Shown here: one piece after another, positions 62,957 to 64,000 of the stretch
Numbering within the stretch: position 1 is the stretch's first letter
How the letters are laid out: every line of letters starts with the position of its first letter
From: Candidatus Latescibacterota bacterium
GTDB taxonomy: Bacteria > Latescibacterota > UBA2968 > UBA8231
Assembly (NCBI GenBank): GCA_964291625.2
Contig: OZ220089.1
Span: 2,368,001-2,432,000, forward strand
DNA length: 64,000 nt
Direction of reading: 5' to 3'
Program-made: the position numbers and the translations under genes
The notes under the pieces: generated by a model
Database searches by the model: none
Seen by the model: only the letters and a program-made list of their open reading frames with translations
Told to the model about the DNA's origin: nothing

Positions 62957-64000
62957 ATGCAGCGGATTCCCTTGCTCCTCGCCGGCGGCATCGCCGCCGC
63001 CGTGACGGCCCATGCCGCCGGGCTGACCGGCGTGGACCTCACCCTGCTCGACGCCGAGGCCGGGGGGTACGCCACCTTCCAGTCCCACAACCAGAAGGTG
63101 ACCGCCAACGCCCGGGGCATCTTCACCACCCACCTCCGCTCCCGCAACGAGGCCTTCACCGCCCAGCAGTGGCGCCTCTCCCGCAGCGTCGACGGCGGGG
63201 CCACCTTCGAGACCGTGTACGAGTCGGTGGACGCCACCAACCCCCCGGCCATCGAGACCGACGCCGCCGGCAACCTCTACCTCGTGCGCTCCGACTTCGT
63301 CGACGGCAGCGCCAGCCTTTACCGCTTCCAGGCCGGCGACGGCTACGCTCAACCCGGCGTGACCCGCATCCCCGGCGCCAGCGCCGGCAAGTACTGCATG
63401 AACCTCGACGAGGCCCGGGGCCGGCTCTACTACTTCGCCTGGGGCCGTTCCCTCTTCGTCCTCGACCTCGAAGGCGGTCTCCTGGAGCGCCAGGAGCTGA
63501 CCGTGGACGGCGACAACGCGGTTCCCCAGTACCCGCTTTCCTTCCTCGACCCTTCCGGCGTGCTGCACGCCGCCTGGACCACGCTCCAGCACGGCGTCTA
63601 CATGTACTGGGACATCCACTACATGGCCTCCGACGACGGCGCCCGAAGCTGGCGCGGCATGGACGGCACCCCGCTGCAGATCCCGCTTCCGGTAGACGAC
63701 ACCGGCCCCACGGACCGCATCACCCTCGACGACGAGTTCGAGGTCCACACCTGGCTGTCGAACCTGCTGGTGAAGGACGGCAAGGCCCACTTCGCCTACG
63801 CCGCCCAGGCCGAGTCCTGGCGGCAGCACTACGTGCGCTACGACCTGGCCACGGCGGCGCGTGACGTCGACCTCTACCCCACCTTCGAGGGCGAGGAGAT
63901 CCGCCTCGCCAGCCTGGACGGATTCTTCGCCAGCCGGGCCACCCTGCCCGAGGCCCCCCTCTACTACGTGTCGAGCGCCGGCGGTCGCCTGGGCTGCCTG
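62957..64000 (+). CDS. Secreted BNR/Asp-box (sialidase-like) protein, runs off the window end
   Basis: GGGAGG RBS, ATG 62957, signal peptide; SVDGGATF and SDDGARSW Asp boxes; open frame to the end. Confidence 0.72.
   Translation, partial: MQRIPLLLAGGIAAAVTAHAAGLTGVDLTLLDAEAGGYATFQSHNQKVTANARGIFTTHLRSRNEAFTAQQWRLSRSVDGGATFETVYESVDATNPPAIETDAAGNLYLVRSDFVDGSASLYRFQAGDGYAQPGVTRIPGASAGKYCMNLDEARGRLYYFAWGRSLFVLDLEGGLLERQELTVDGDNAVPQYPLSFLDPSGVLHAAWTTLQHGVYMYWDIHYMASDDGARSWRGMDGTPLQIPLPVDDTGPTDRITLDDEFEVHTWLSNLLVKDGKAHFAYAAQAESWRQHYVRYDLATAARDVDLYPTFEGEEIRLASLDGFFASRATLPEAPLYYVSSAGGRLGCL

Noticed and set aside
61426-63273. N-terminal extension of the 1116-aa ORF 59923..63273
   Set aside because: Antisense shadow of two plus-strand genes; the oxidoreductase has its own RBS and GTG at 61425.

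Overview
GC-rich bacterial chromosome segment with about 55 genes and one tRNA-Met(CAT). The gene content (PhyH dioxygenase, Gfo/Idh/MocA, enolase-superfamily, TolB/LRR and FlgD-type-tail surface proteins, a C-terminal SWGxLK motif, many TA genes) suggests an uncultured FCB-related lineage such as Latescibacterota or Gemmatimonadota-like, possibly a sponge symbiont; this is inference. The backbone carries an RND pump, a GldAFG-like ABC operon, an AddAB-like helicase-nuclease, HisJ, DAHP synthase and catabolic enzymes. Three accessory patches, largely more AT-rich, interrupt it: about 3.7-9.2 kb (TolB-like, orphan Xre antitoxin, Fic), about 29.8-40.6 kb (defence/TA island) and about 58.2-59.9 kb (lone ABC-ATPase/TOPRIM gene). 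The best candidate for an undescribed system is a translationally coupled pair at the head of the defence island: a 119-aa unknown protein plus a Zn-binding SIR2-like protein. It is followed by an MmeI-like R-M enzyme (1-nt frameshift near its C-terminus) sitting next to a Zn-ribbon/NDT-like effector. Two other patterns stand out: six antitoxins with no intact toxin (one HEPN toxin has lost its catalytic motif), and degenerate echoes of gene 3' ends downstream of three unrelated genes. No CRISPR array, reverse transcriptase, integrase or transposase was found. All family calls rest on visual motif recognition; no database searches were run.
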